The notes: generated by a model from the sequence alone, not told the origin. Shown: positions 26,605 through 41,510, counted from the first letter of the stretch. The stretch is DNA of 64,000 nucleotides from Eledone cirrhosa (GCA_964016885.1 OZ024751.1:9176001-9240000), one strand, 5' to 3'. Numbers and translations: made by a program.

Positions 26605-27660
26605 ATTTTAGTACAGCATTAACGAAGCTAACGAATGCAGATTCGGAATGGAGAATAATACCCCAGAGTTATAACAATACGTTTAGACAGCTTTGCAAAT
26701 CAATTATAGCGACTGACAGTCTAGCCGCATTGCCATAGCAACGAACAAAACCGAACTCAGGAAAAAGATTTTGACTGACCTGGACCATCACGTGGACATC
26801 GAATGCAACACATAACGCATAACGTATAGCATACAATATACATCACATATAACATACAACATACACGCTAGGTTCCTGTAAATCCGAGATCGACTAATTC
26901 CGCTTGCAGGGGTCTGCAAGTTAATGGCCTTTGACGACAGAACAAAGGATTTACTTCGTCAACAAGTCTTGCGATCTATAGCCTCGACGAGTGTGTTTTC
27001 TACCAGTAATGTTCGCTATAGACACGTGGTTTTCTCAAAGGCAGCTAACCCCCGTGTTGGCGGTCAATTCGAAATTTCGGACAACGGAATGAAATTCCCT
27101 TAGACAAACCGAATTAAGCACTGAAGCAGAAGTTATCAAACAAACATAAACAATTAATCAATCAATAGAAATGTCTAATTAAATTAATCAGTTAATTGTT
27201 AATTCTAGGAGTTAAAAATACAAATTTTAGTACAGCATTAACGAAGCTTTTGGCTGCGACCAAGTTAACGAATGTAGATTCGGAATGCAGCTTAGCACTC
27301 GTTGGAGAATAATACCCCAGAGTTATAACAATACGTTTAGACAGCTGTGCAAATCAAATATAGCGACCCACAGTCTAGCCGCATTGCCATAGCAACGCAA
27401 AAAACCGAACTCAGGAAAAGATTTTGACAGACCAGGACCAACACGTGGACATCGAATGCAACACATAACCATCTTTCTTTACCTAGATTTATATTCCTTA
27501 TCAATATTTTCATTATCTCTTTTGAAGTTCCGATGAACTGCTCCATATTTACCTAAGTTAATTATCTTAATCTGAACCAGATCAACATTGATCTATAATC
27601 ATTTGATACAGAAACATTATATGGAATAGCGAAACAGTTGTAAACGGACATTATTAGTAT
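26605..27660 (+). repeat. Direct repeat with ~620-bp period (26605-26817 / 27224-27470), followed by HHR-like motif 27527-27645
   Basis: ATTTTAGTACAGCATTAACGAAGCT twice; GTT-CCGATGA-aCTGCTCCATAT...ATATGGAATAGc-GAAA-CAGTTG-TA-AAC. Confidence 0.55.
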
Positions 27661-28035
27661 TATATATATATATGATACATTATAAATATAAGATATATAT
27701 ATATGATATATTATACATATATATGTATATGATATATATATATGATATATATATATATATCATATATTATATATATATATATACGATACATTATATATAT
27801 ATATGATATATTATATATATTTATGATATATATTATTATATATGATATATATATATGATATATTATATATATATATATGATATATATGATATATATGATA
27901 TATATATATGATATATATATATATATATATATATATACATGATATATATATGATATATATATATATATGATATATATATATATATGATATATATTTAAAT
28001 ATTATATATAAATATATATATATATATAGTATTAG

Positions 28036-28186
28036 TTTTATCTGAATATGTATCGGTATGTCTCTCGGCTGAAAACGAGGTCATACAACTGTCCATGCAT
28101 TAATAAATTGGTCCGAAGAATCCAAACCTCGGTTTGGAGGAAACAGCTGTAAGCACAATAATGTTTTGAACAGTTCTTTGATTCTT

Positions 28187-28196
<10 letters not shown>
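28036..28196 (+). mobile_element. Short pLTR fragment of the 10040-12160 family with HHR at 28109-28155
   Basis: Near-identity to 11970-12125; ends ATTTCATAT into (AT)n. Confidence 0.8.
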
Positions 28197-28265
<69 letters not shown>

Positions 28266-28299
28266 AGATTTGAATGGATACAGTTTAGTTGAAAGGAAT

Positions 28300-28416
28300 T
28301 TATTGACACGTGTTTCTATAACAGTTACATAACCTAAAACAGCTATCTACAAACTTTTAGTTATGCAGACATTCAATATTTCAATGTTATTATTTACTGT
28401 CATTTCATCAGAATAA
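28300..28416 (-). ncRNA. Type I hammerhead ribozyme with extended stem II
   Basis: Reverse complement of 30385-30501. Confidence 0.8.
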
Positions 28417-28980
28417 TATTACTGAGGACCTATTTAGTTTTTATAGAGAATATTAGGAGGGAGGGGTGAAGTTGTTAGAAGAATAGTTGAAGGAGTGGTT
28501 TTTCGATAGCAGTGAGAATTCTTGGTGGCAGTGAGTAATTAGATTCCCATCTGTTGTTTTGACATTTTTTATAGAATATATTATTGGTTATTTTTCTAAA
28601 TCTATAGAAGGATTAGAGATAGTAAAGATATGCGTGGTTGGTTTTGTGTTTGCACTTAATTAACATTCAGACTTAAATTTTTCTTTCAAGTGTACGTATC
28701 CTTTCACCCACGCATTCACACACAAATATATTTGCACACCTCTACAAAATACATATACTCACAATTCACATATTCATACTTACATATATATACACATGCA
28801 TACACATATATATACACACATGTATTCATATACATACATACGCGCTCATGTGTATACATTTTCATACTCAACTTATCTTTATATACACACGTATAGACAC
28901 ACTCATATATACATACATACTCTAGTCCATGTGTACACACATACACATACTTACACATCCATATACACATATATACATAC

Positions 28981-29071
<91 letters not shown>

Positions 29072-29719
29072 CATATATACATACACATACATATACACAT
29101 ATATACATACACATATATATATAAGCACTTTAATACATGAATACACTTACATCTAACTATACACATCAAACATATATATATATTTACTTATTTATATACA
29201 TTTTCACATATATATACATACTTATGGACGTTTTTAGACACATTCATTATCGCATATTTGTACCTATTCTCATCAGCATATCTTTTCATTATTAGTATAA
29301 TCACACATAAGAAGAAACTGCTGAATAACAGAATTGAACGAACATTATTCTGCCGTCACAGAACTAAAACCCTTTTTTCCCACTACAAGCCGAATATTAC
29401 ATAAAAGAGGGACATCCCCCAACTATATAAACCTTAATCTAGTTAGAAAAATATAAAAACAATCTCTTCTCAACATATATTAATAACCTTAAATTACCAT
29501 ACTAATAATGAAAAGATATGCTGATGAGAATAGGTACAAATATGCGATAATGAATGTGTCTAAAAACGTCCATAAGTATGTATATATATGTGAAAATGTA
29601 TATAAATAAGTAAATATATATATATGTTTGATGTGTATAGTTAGATGTAAGTGTATTCATGTATTAAAGTGCTTATATATATATGTGTATGTATATATGT
29701 GTATATGTATGTGTATGTA

Positions 29720-29817
<98 letters not shown>

Positions 29818-30384
29818 TATGTATGTATATATGTGTATATGGATGTGTAAGTATGTGTATGTGTGTACACATGGACTAGAGTATGTATGTATATATGAGT
29901 GTGTCTATACGTGTGTATATAAAGATAAGTTGAGTATGATAATGTATACACATGAGCGCGTATGTATGTATATGAATACATGTGTGTATATATATGTGTA
30001 TGCATGTGTATATATATGTAAGTATGAATATGTGAATTGTGAGTATATGTATTTTGTAGAGGTGTGCAAATATATTTGTGTGTGAATGCGTGGGTGAAAG
30101 GATACGTACACTTGAAAGAAAAATTTAAGTCTGAATGTTAATTAAGTGCAAACACAAAACCAACCACGCATATCTTTACTATCTCTAATCCTTCTATAGA
30201 TTTAGAAAAATAACCAATAATATATTCTATAAAAAATGTCAAAACAACAGATGGGAATCTAATTACTCACTGCCACCAAGAATTCTCACTGCTATCGAAA
30301 AACCACTCCTTCAACTATTCTTCTAACAACTTCACCCCTCCCTCCTAATATTCTCTATAAAAACTAAATAGATCCTCAGTAATA

Positions 30385-30501
30385 TTATTCTGATGAAATG
30401 ACAGTAAATAATAACATTGAAATATTGAATGTCTGCATAACTAAAAGTTTGTAGATAGCTGTTTTAGGTTATGTAACTGTTATAGAAACACGTGTCAATA
30501 A
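30385..30501 (+). ncRNA. Type I hammerhead ribozyme with extended stem II
   Basis: TTATT-CTGATGA-aATGACAGT...ACTGTTATa-GAAA-CACGTG-TC-AATAA. Confidence 0.8.
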
Positions 30502-30648
30502 ATTCCTTTCAACTAAACTGTATCCATTCAAATCTTTCTATTTTTCTCCGGATTACTTTTGGAACTACAACTGGAACCGTCGAGCAAACTCTACGTGAGC
30601 TGATAATCTACTGTGTGTAATATTTATATTACAACACAACGGAAAATA

Positions 30649-30710
<62 letters not shown>

Positions 30711-30714
<4 letters not shown>

Positions 30715-31479
30715 ACTAGAAATTGATTAACATATAAATATACATGAATAATCACAGGAGATAAATATTACCTATACTAGCTATGCGTGGTTACACGCGG
30801 GCTAAAACTATCTCCTGTGATTAATCAATTTCTAGTTATTATTGTATGCTCAGACTTATATTAGAGCTTAATTTCCAGGATTTATGGCGCATGTTTATGA
30901 CATGACACCCACAATTTCGTTTTAGATTAAATTCATTTAATTTATCTTAATTTTGGATATAGATATATATATACTCTCCTATCTGTACAGCTAATTCTGT
31001 TGAAAAAAATTTGGCTGCTATTTCTAGTTGTCAAATACCTATTCACGCCACTGAAACGAAACCGCTATCTTGTGTAGACGCAACACGTGGTGACGGCTAG
31101 TTGAAGATTTTGGCTCATCCTGTAAGGACGGATAGCTGTCCATTGTTACACTTTCCTTGTTGACGATCCAATAATGTCCACTTTCCGTGACTTACCATCT
31201 GATTAATTGGTGAAATATATTTCTTTAATGGGATATATACAAGGAAGGTTAATCATACTTTAAGGTAAATATTACCTATACTAGCTATGCGTGGTTACAC
31301 GCGGGCTAAAATTATCTCCTGTGATTATTCATGTATATTTATATGTTAATCAATTTCTAGTTATTATTGTATGCTCAGACTTATCTTAGAGCTTAATTTC
31401 CAGGATTTATGGCGCATGTTTATGACATGATACTCACAATTTCGTTTTAGATTAAATTCATTTAATTTATCTTAATTTT

Positions 31480-31485
<6 letters not shown>
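30711..31485. mobile_element. ~500-530-bp unit (about 1.4 copies) with short inverted arm, in (AT)n
   Basis: TAAATATTACCTATACTAGC at ~30762 and 31266; homologous to 21843-22710. Confidence 0.7.
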
Positions 31486-31515
<30 letters not shown>

Positions 31516-31574
31516 CGTTTCTGAATTTGTTTAGCAAGATTCTTTATCTAAAAACGTGTGTTGAAACCGGTATT

Positions 31575-32575
31575 GTTATACTTTGGGAGAGTCATGTTGC
31601 CAATAAGAAACACACGCACCAGTTGCTTTCACTCCAATTTATTATAAATTTAATTATAAATTTTTAAATTTATAAATTTCCGGTTGGTTGGCTGGTTCCT
31701 CAACCGGACGGTTGTTCATATATTGTCAAAGTTCTTTCGTCACATATTATGTGACCTCTTCAGTGACTGGGGATTCTTTTCTTTGTTTTGTGCCTCTCCT
31801 TTGTTCTGTCCTACGCCATCTTGTTTTTGTGTGTGTTGTGTGCTTAGTTAGCGTAGGTGTTACATCCGGGTGTCAGTGTGTGTTTTTATTTGTTTATTTG
31901 TTTGTTTATTTACATGTTACTAGTTGGTTGTTTGTTCTATGTGTGTGTTTTCATTTGTTCCTTAATTGTGAGTTGTGATGTTGCTATTCCATACATATTT
32001 TCTATTTAATTTTGGTTGGAGTTCATTTATCATCTTGTTTTTGTGTGTGTTGTGTGCTTAGTTTGCGTAGGTGTTACATCCGGGTGTCAGTGTGTGTTTT
32101 TATTTGTTTATTTGTTTGTTTATTTACATGTTACTAGTTGGTTGTTTGTTCTATGTGTGTGTTTTCATTTGTTCCTTAATTGTGAGTTGTGATGTTGCTA
32201 TTCCATACATATTTTCTATTTAATTTTGGTTGGAGTTCATTTATATTTATTGCCTCTGTGATTTGTCTAAACATTGCGTCTTTCCGGTGTGTGGATTTTA
32301 TTTTTATTTCTATGTATTCTAATTTGCCCTTATGTTCTATTTAAGCATGTTGGTGGAGTACTGATGACTTTTTTCCTGAAGACGTTACAGAATGTGTGAC
32401 GAAAGAACTTTGACAATAGATGAACAACCGTCCGGTTGTGGAACCAACCAACCAACCAACCAACCGGAAATTTATAAATTGTAAAATTTATAATTGAATT
32501 TATAATAAATTGGAGTGAAAGCAACTGGTGCGTGACTTTCTTATTGGCAACATTACCCTACCAAAGTATAACAAT
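31575..32575. mobile_element. Head-to-head PLE-type 3' ends with an internal 214-bp tandem duplication
   Basis: Inverted arms 31575-31760 / 32376-32575; duplication at 31817 and 32031. Confidence 0.7.
31725..31767 (-). ncRNA. Minimal type I hammerhead ribozyme
   Basis: GTCA-CTGAAGA-g-GTCACAT-aat-ATGTGAC-GAAA-GAAC-TT-TGAC; degenerate relatives at 32376, ~32860 (-) and 52353. Confidence 0.75.
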
Positions 32576-32591
32576 ATATATATGTTATATA

Positions 32592-32665
<74 letters not shown>

Positions 32666-32854
32666 TGTTATACACTTGGGGAGGTTTATATAGTTGTAAT
32701 AATGCCAGAATTAATAACAGAACACACTCAGTGTTTGGTTGCTTTTCGCGTCTGTATCTTTTATATCTGTTATTTTATTCGGTCCTCAATGTTTACCATT
32801 CACTAACCAACGGTCAAAAATACAGATATAATATAGACATAAACACATACATAT

Positions 32855-33240
32855 AGTCTAACAAAGTTCTTTTGTTGCACATTTGCAACATCGTCACTGG
32901 TGCTATTATGTTTCCTCCTGTTGTATTTTATGTCTACGCCATCTTTATTTAATCTGTTTATTTATTCATTCATTTATTTATGTTTGTCCTCTCCACTGAG
33001 CAAGCGTTTGCGTGTGTGTATAGTGTTTGATGTGTGTTCGTGTTTGGGTGACTGTGTTTTGGTTATTGTATTCTATCTTAGTTTACTTGTGTGTGTTTAT
33101 ATCTCTTTGTTGTTATTGTGCTTGTGTATGTATTTATTTATTTATTTATTTATATTTCTCTTAAGTCAGTATTGTTTGTTAGGGTGTTGTTGTTATTCCA
33201 TTCGTTTTTTCTGTTTTCTGTTTTCTGTTTTCTGTTTTCT
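32855..33240 (-). mobile_element. PLE 3' UTR fragment related to 52060-52400
   Basis: Reverse-complement similarity; degenerate HHR. Confidence 0.55.
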
Positions 33241-33255
33241 GTTTTCTGTTTTCTG

Positions 33256-33416
<161 letters not shown>

Positions 33417-35500
33417 GATATATCTATATATATATATATGATATATATATATATATGTGTGATATAATATATATTTATATAATATATTATATATTTATAT
33501 ATATATATATATATATGAGATATATGATATATATATGTATATATATATACGTATATATGTATGCGTATATATATATAGGATATGTGAGTGTTTATATATA
33601 ATATATAGCTCCATTTCATGTAGGATATCACTAGCAGTAGTGGTTTTATATTTAAGCTAGTGCACAGTAAACGAGTCTCACTCAAATGATTGAAACTAAC
33701 CCAGCTGATTCCTTGTTTTCTGTCCAGAACGATATCGTATATAAAGACATGGATTTTACTCCAGTTTATAGATACAGTGTTTCCTACATATATATTCATA
33801 CATATTTCTCGTAATCTATAAAATTGAGATAATACATTGCTAATACACCGCTGACTTATATAAAAATATCCAATGACCAGGACTTCTTGATATACGTGGG
33901 CGGTTGAATGGTTCATACACTGCTTTTGAAGGAATGATGCTAGAGCTGTGACGTTACTAGGTGACACTACTTTCTACTCTCCGTATTATTGAGTACATTC
34001 ATTTTTCGTGGGTATTATGTTGAAAAATAATCCTAATTTGGTTATTCAATCAGAGTACATTGGTCAGCCTAAGACGGATTGATGCTTGAGCTGCGAAACC
34101 TCATATTAATAACTGCATTGTTTCTTTCCAGGGACTATGTTGAAAAATATGGTAATTCCAGAAGCGTACCCTGGTCAGCCTATGATCTTCGCAGCCAGCG
34201 AACTTTTCAGCCGACCTTTCTATACACCTCACTCAGTTTACCCGAGCCCTTAACAATAGTAGACATATAAACATTTCTGTAGAGAATAGATTACTATGTG
34301 ACTGATGACCCTTCAACTCTGAGAATAGTCTAGCTGATCCTTCTTTTTCTAACAATGTAAGCATTGAATAAAATGCAAGAACTTTACATATGTCTTGGCA
34401 TTCAATTTTGGCAAAGGACTATAGATATACTCTGTAATACACAATGGCTTTGAGAGAAGATGTTGTCACCATATGTGTAATGTAGGTGTATATGTAAATA
34501 TACGTACACACACATATATATGTGTGTACGTATATTTACATATTCACCTTCATTACACATATGGTGGACAACATCATATGGTGAGAAACACATACATATA
34601 TATATATGTGTGCGTATGTGTGTATGGGGGTGGGTTTTCGTGTGCCTGTCTGTGTATCCATACAGTATATTATATTTGTATTCGTTTGTTGTTTCTGTTT
34701 TTCCCTATTTTTGTTAGCGTTGTGCTTCCAATATCTTGTGATAATGTTCCCCTGTGAGATTGTACAAGCGTGTATGCACATGTGTACGTGTGTGTGTTTG
34801 TGTTATTGTGTATTTGTGTATGTGTGTGTTTACTTTGGCATATTGTCAGTGTGGCTCTACTTTGAATTGATTCGTGTGAAGCGTGACCAGTTTTAGCGTG
34901 TGTGAAGGTTTCAAAGGATCTGCCACGGTAGCCGTGAAATATCAATACAAATCCAACCACACATACAACCATTGTCAGCTCAACATATCAAAACCGTTCA
35001 TTAATTTTTTTTTTTTTTCCAATTTTCTTTTCTATTCCTTTTCCTTCTATTATATATATTTTTATCATTACTTCTATTTTTCTATTTGTGATACGATTCT
35101 ATATTTTTGATATTGGACCACGTCATGCTTTACTTGTTCCCGAATCAATCTTGAATAATTCAATATTGACGAAGACTCACCAACGGAACTAAATTATATT
35201 CATAAAAAGAATAACAATGAGAATTATATAAAAAAAAACATGTTACTAGCAACACGTTACGTAAATTTACATGTATTTTGTTACTTTATATTAAGTTTCC
35301 GTTTCGTTCATAATGTCCACACACATATATGCAAATATGAATACACACAAGCACATTCGTGTGCGTACAAACCAGAGTATATATATATATATATGTACAC
35401 ACACACATGTATGTATATATATATATATACATACACACATATATATATGTATATACATGCACACACACACACATATATGTATACACACACATATATATGT

Positions 35501-35534
<34 letters not shown>

Positions 35535-36034
35535 TGTGTATGCGAGTATGTATTTATGAATGTATATGAATATATGCACATGCGTATTTTGCTGTGATTA
35601 TATAATTCAACAGATGAGGTGTTAGGTTCTATAATGTTTGTTTGTGATTGAATATCTATAATGCATTAATATTCAATGCGACAAAAATGAAGAAAAATTA
35701 CAAAGAACACTATACTATGTTATTTATATACATATATGTATTGCTTTATTCTATTGGAAAATTATTTGTAGCTGTGCAAATTATTTATTTTATACAGTGA
35801 TACACTTCTGTAGAGGCGTATTCCTTTTGTTCGGTATTACCACTACTACTGAATAGATGCATATCAGTTAATGAAGCTCTGACGTTACAGCTACATATAA
35901 TATGGTGCACTAGATATCTGGGGAGATGCTTGTTGCAGTGTGACGATACGACGTCACTCGATGTTCATTGTAAACTTTAGTGTTTCGTGACATCTCCATT
36001 TTGATCTAGCTTCTGAGAGGAACGGTGGAGAAGG

Positions 36035-36440
<406 letters not shown>

Positions 36441-36443
36441 ATA

Positions 36444-36474
<31 letters not shown>

Positions 36475-36479
<5 letters not shown>

Positions 36480-39400
36480 AAGGACGTAAAATAAGAAAAT
36501 ATTTTTTTAAAAAAAATTTAAAAAAAATTTTTTTCTTACTTAAATTTTCACTCCAACTAATTAGTTTCTGCAATGGGATAAAGACAGTTACGTAATCCAA
36601 CTGTCGAGAATTCATTGCGTCATCAGGAAGTCTATTCTCAGTTAAGTCTCCAGGCAATGCGCGGACACTGGCGGCTCATATAAAAATAATAATAATTCGG
36701 TAGATCGAACAGCTTGCGAGGACTGGATTCTATGTACCGAAATTCTCACTGCTTCAAGTCAAATGGCCGATTCTAAAGAATCAATCACGTGACACAGAGG
36801 CTAGTTAGAAGGAATGGGATGGTAAGATGACTGACGCCTACTAACACCCCAAAAAAAATTTTTTTAGAAGTGGTTTTGACAAGTTTGCTCGACAAATCAG
36901 TGATTTGGAGATAAATATAGATAATTTAATATATCAACTAACATAAGCGCACAGATGCACGCCCATGCCAGCAAATACACAGGTTATGTCATAGTACCTA
37001 GGTGGTTCAATGCAGGAGAATGCAGAACAATAATATAAAGGACGTAAAATAAGAAAATATTTTTTTTAAAAAAATTTAAAAAAAATTTTTTTCTTACTTA
37101 AATTTTCACTCCAACTAATTAGTTTCTGCAATGGGATAAAGACAGTTACGTAATCCAACTGTCGAGAATTCATTGCGTCATCAGGAAGTCTATTCTCAGT
37201 TAAGTCTCCAGGCAATGCGCGGACACTGGCGGCTCATATAAAAATAATAATAATTCGGTAGATCGAACAGCTTGCGAGGACTGGATTCTATGTACCGAAA
37301 TTCTCACTGCTTCAAGTCAAATGGCCGATTCTAAAGAATCAATCACGTGACACAGAGGCTAGTTAGAAGGAATGGGATGGTAAGATGACTGACGCCTACT
37401 AACACCCCAAAAAAAATTTTTTTAGAAGTGGTTTTGACAAGTTTGCTCGACAAATCAGTGATTTGGAGATAAATATAGATAATTTAATATATCAACTAAC
37501 ATAAGCGCACAGATGCACGCCCATGCCAGCAAATACACAGGTTATGTCATAGTACCTAGGTGGTTCAATGCAGGAGAATGCAGAACAATAATATAAAGGA
37601 CGTAAAATAAGAAAATATTTTTTTAAAAAAAATTTAAAAAAAATTTTTTTCTTACTTAAATTTTCACTCCAACTAATTAGTTTCTGCAATGGGATAAAGA
37701 CAGTTACGTAATCCAACTGTCGAGAATTCATTGCGTCATCTTTAAGTAAGAAAAAAATTTTTTTTAAATTTTTTTTAAAAAAATATTTTCTTATTTTACG
37801 TCCTTTATATTATTGTTCTGCATTCTCCTGCATTGAACCACCTAGGTACTATGACATAACCTGTGTATTTGCTGGCATGGGCGTGCATCTGTGCGCTTAT
37901 GTTAGTTGATATATTAAATTATCTATATTTATCTCCAAATCACTGATTTGTCGAGCAAACTTGTCAAAAGCACTTCTAAAAAAATTTTTTTTGGGGTGTT
38001 AGTAGGCGTCAGTCATCTTACCATCCCATTCCTTCTAACTAGCCTCTGTGTCACGTGATTGATTCTTTAGAATCGGCCATTTGACTTGAAGCAGTGAGAA
38101 TTTCGGTACATAGAATCCAGTCCTCGCAAGCTGTTCGATCTACCGAATTATTATTATTTTTATATGAGCCGCCAGTGTCCGCGCATTGCCTGGAGACTTA
38201 ACTGAGAATAGACTTCCTGATGACGCAATGAATTCTCGACAGTTGGATTACGTAACTGTCTTTATCCCATTGCAGAAACTAATTAGTTGGAGTGAAAATT
38301 TAAGTAAGAAAAAAATTTTTTTTAAATTTTTTTTAAAAAAATATTTTCTTATTTTACGTCCTTTATATTATTGTTCTGCATTCTCCTGCATTGAACCACC
38401 TAGGTACTATGACATAACCTGTGTATTTGCTGGCATGGGCGTGCATCTGTGCGCTTATGTTAGTTGATATATTAAATTATCTATATTTATCTCCAAATCA
38501 CTGATTTGTCGAGCAAACTTGTCAAAACCACTTCTAAAAAAATTTTTTTTGGGGTGTTAGTAGGCGTCAGTCATCTTACCATCCCATTCCTTCTAACTAG
38601 CCTCTGTGTCACGTGATTGATTCTTTAGAATCGGCCATTTGACTTGAAGCAGTGAGAATTTCGGTACATAGAATCCAGTCCTCGCAAGCTGTTCGATCTA
38701 CCGAATTATTATTATTTTTATATGAGCCGCCAGTGTCCGCGCATTGCCTGGAGACTTAACTGAGAATAGACTTCCTGATGACGCAATGAATTCTCGACAG
38801 TTGGATTACGTAACTGTCTTTATCCCATTGCAGAAACTAATTAGTTGGAGTGAAAATTTAAGTAAGAAAAAAATTTTTTTTAAATTTTTTTTAAAAAAAT
38901 ATTTTCTTATTTTACGTCCTTTATATTATTGTTCTGCATTCTCCTGCATTGAACCACCTAGGTACTATGACATAACCTGTGTATTTGCTGGCATGGGCGT
39001 GCATCTGTGCGCTTATGTTAGTTGATATATTAAATTATCTATATTTATCTCCAAATCACTGATTTGTCGAGCAAACTTGTCAAAACCACTTCTAAAAAAA
39101 TTTTTTTTTGGGGTGTTAGTAGGCGTCAGTCATCTTACCATCCCATTCCTTCTAACTAGCCTCTGTGTCACGTGATTGATTCTTTAGAATCGGCCATTTG
39201 ACTTGAAGCAGTGAGAATTTCGGTACATAGAATCCAGTCCTCGCAAGCTGTTCGATCTACCGAATTATTATTATTTTTATATGAGCCGCCAGTGTCCGCG
39301 CATTGCCTGGAGACTTAACTGAGAATAGACTTCCTGATGACGCAATGAATTCTCGACAGTTGGATTACGTAACTGTCTTTATCCCATTGCAGAAACTAAT

Positions 39401-41270
39401 TAGTTGGAGTGAAAATTTAAGTAAGAAAAAAATTTTTTTTAAATTTTTTTTAAAAAAATATTTTCTTATTTTACGTCCTTTATATTATTGTTCTGCATTC
39501 TCCTGCATTGAACCACCTAGGTACTATGACATAACCTGTGTATTTGCTGGCATGGGCGTGCATCTGTGCGCTTATGTTAGTTGATATATTAAATTATCTA
39601 TATTTATCTCCAAATCACTGATTTGTCGAGCAAACTTGTCAAAACCACTTCTAAAAAAATTTTTTTTGGGGTGTTAGTAGGCGTCAGTCATCTTACCATC
39701 CCATTCCTTCTAACTAGCCTCTGTGTCACGTGATTGATTCTTTAGAATCGGCCATTTGACTTGAAGCAGTGAGAATTTCGGTACATAGAATCCAGTCCTC
39801 GCAAGCTGTTCGATCTACCGAATTATTATTATTTTTATATGAGCCGCCAGTGTCCGCGCATTGCCTGGAGACTTAACTGAGAATAGACTTCCTGATGACG
39901 CAATGAATTCTCGACAGTTGGATTACGTAACTGTCTTTATCCCATTGCAGAAACTAATTAGTTGGAGTGAAAATTTAAGTAAGAAAAAATTTTTTTTAAA
40001 TTTTTTTTAAAAAAATATTTTCTTATTTTACGTCCTTTATATTATTGTTCTGCATTCTCCTGCATTGAACCACCTAGGTACTATGACATAACCTGTGTAT
40101 TTGCTGGCATGGGCGTGCATCTGTGCGCTTATGTTAGTTGATATATTAAATTATCTATATTTATCTCCAAATCACTGATTTGTCGAGCAAACTTGTCAAA
40201 ACCACTTCTAAAAAAATTTTTTTTTGGGGTGTTAGTAGGCGTCAGTCATCTTACCATCCCATTCCTTCTAACTAGCCTCTGTGTCACGTGATTGATTCTT
40301 TAGAATCGGCCATTTGACTTGAAGCAGTGAGAATTTCGGTACATAGAATCCAGTCCTCGCAAGCTGTTCGATCTACCGAATTATTATTATTTTTATATGA
40401 GCCGCCAGTGTCCGCGCATTGCCTGGAGACTTAACTGAGAATAGACTTCCTGATGACGCAATGAATTCTCGACAGTTGGATTACGTAACTGTCTTTATCC
40501 CATTGCAGAAACTAATTAGTTGGAGTGAAAATTTAAGTAAGAAAAAAATTTTTTTTAAATTTTTTTTAAAAAAATATTTTCTTATTTTACGTCCTTTATA
40601 TTATTGTTCTGCATTCTCCTGCATTGAACCACCTAGGTACTATGACATAACCTGTGTATTTGCTGGCATGGGCGTGCATCTGTGCGCTTATGTTAGTTGA
40701 TATATTAAATTATCTATATTTATCTCCAAATCACTGATTTGTCGAGCAAACTTGTCAAAACCACTTCTAAAAAAATTTTTTTTGGGGTGTTAGTAGGCGT
40801 CAGTCATCTTACCATCCCATTCCTTCTAACTAGCCTCTGTGTCACGTGATTGATTCTTTAGAATCGGCCATTTGACTTGAAGCAGTGAGAATTTCGGTAC
40901 ATAGAATCCAGTCCTCGCAAGCTGTTCGATCTACCGAATTATTATTATTTTTATATGAGCCGCCAGTGTCCGCGCATTGCCTGGAGACTTAACTGAGAAT
41001 AGACTTCCTGATGACGCAATGAATTCTCGACAGTTGGATTACGTAACTGTCTTTATCCCATTGCAGAAACTAATTAGTTGGAGTGAAAATTTAAGTAAGA
41101 AAAAAATTTTTTTTAAATTTTTTTTAAAAAAATATTTTCTTATTTTACGTCCTTTATATTATTGTTCTGCATTCTCCTGCATTGAACCACCTAGGTACTA
41201 TGACATAACCTGTGTATTTGCTGGCATGGGCGTGCATCTGTGCGCTTATGTTAGTTGATATATTAAATTA

Positions 41271-41275
<5 letters not shown>
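36475..41275. repeat. Retrozyme-like tandem array of a 558-bp HHR-containing unit: ~2.3 copies on minus (36475-37740) head-to-head with ~6.3 copies on plus (37741-41275)
   Basis: Period 558-559 bp, units nearly identical; both ends in (AT)n. Confidence 0.92.
38212..38293 (+). ncRNA. Type I hammerhead ribozyme, one per unit (also + at 38770, 39329, 39887, 40445, 41003; - at 36550-36631, 37108-37189)
   Basis: ACTTC-CTGATGA-cGCAATG..GACAGTT..AACTGTC..CATTGCa-GAAA-CTAATTAG-TT-GGAGT; predicted cleavage after GUU (38288). Confidence 0.8.
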
Positions 41276-41325
<50 letters not shown>

Positions 41326-41328
<3 letters not shown>

Positions 41329-41510
41329 AGTTATTCCGGGTTGAATCGGAGTTAACCACAGTAATTAAGGTACTCAATACATAGCAGAGTATAAAGGTTT
41401 TAATATAGATAAGATTCTACAGGACTAGAACTGTTTCATTCTTGAGAAATCATATGATTTCTCAAGAATGAAGCCGTTCTAGTCCTGTAGAATCTCATCT
41501 ATATTAAAAC
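41326..41510. mobile_element. Foldback element with possible HHR 3' halves (relative at 42845-42985)
   Basis: Palindrome centred ~41453; GAAA-CAGTTCTAG-TC-CTGTAG. Confidence 0.6.

Larger units (their letters stand above)
28261..30650 (+). mobile_element. 5'-truncated PLE with ~1.04-kb inverted arms (28261-29297 / 29500-30541)
   Basis: Near-identical long inverted repeat; spacer 29297-29404 translates ..KLLNNRIERTLFCRHR..* (PLE C-terminus). Confidence 0.85.

Noticed and set aside
38186-41258. Repeated 93-aa ORF MPGDLTENR...
   Set aside because: TTG start, no recognisable domain, overlaps the HHR, and frameshifted in one unit by a homopolymer change
36475-41275. CRISPR array or rDNA/snRNA tandem cluster
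   Set aside because: No repeat-spacer structure; I recognise no 5S, tRNA or snRNA sequence in the unit
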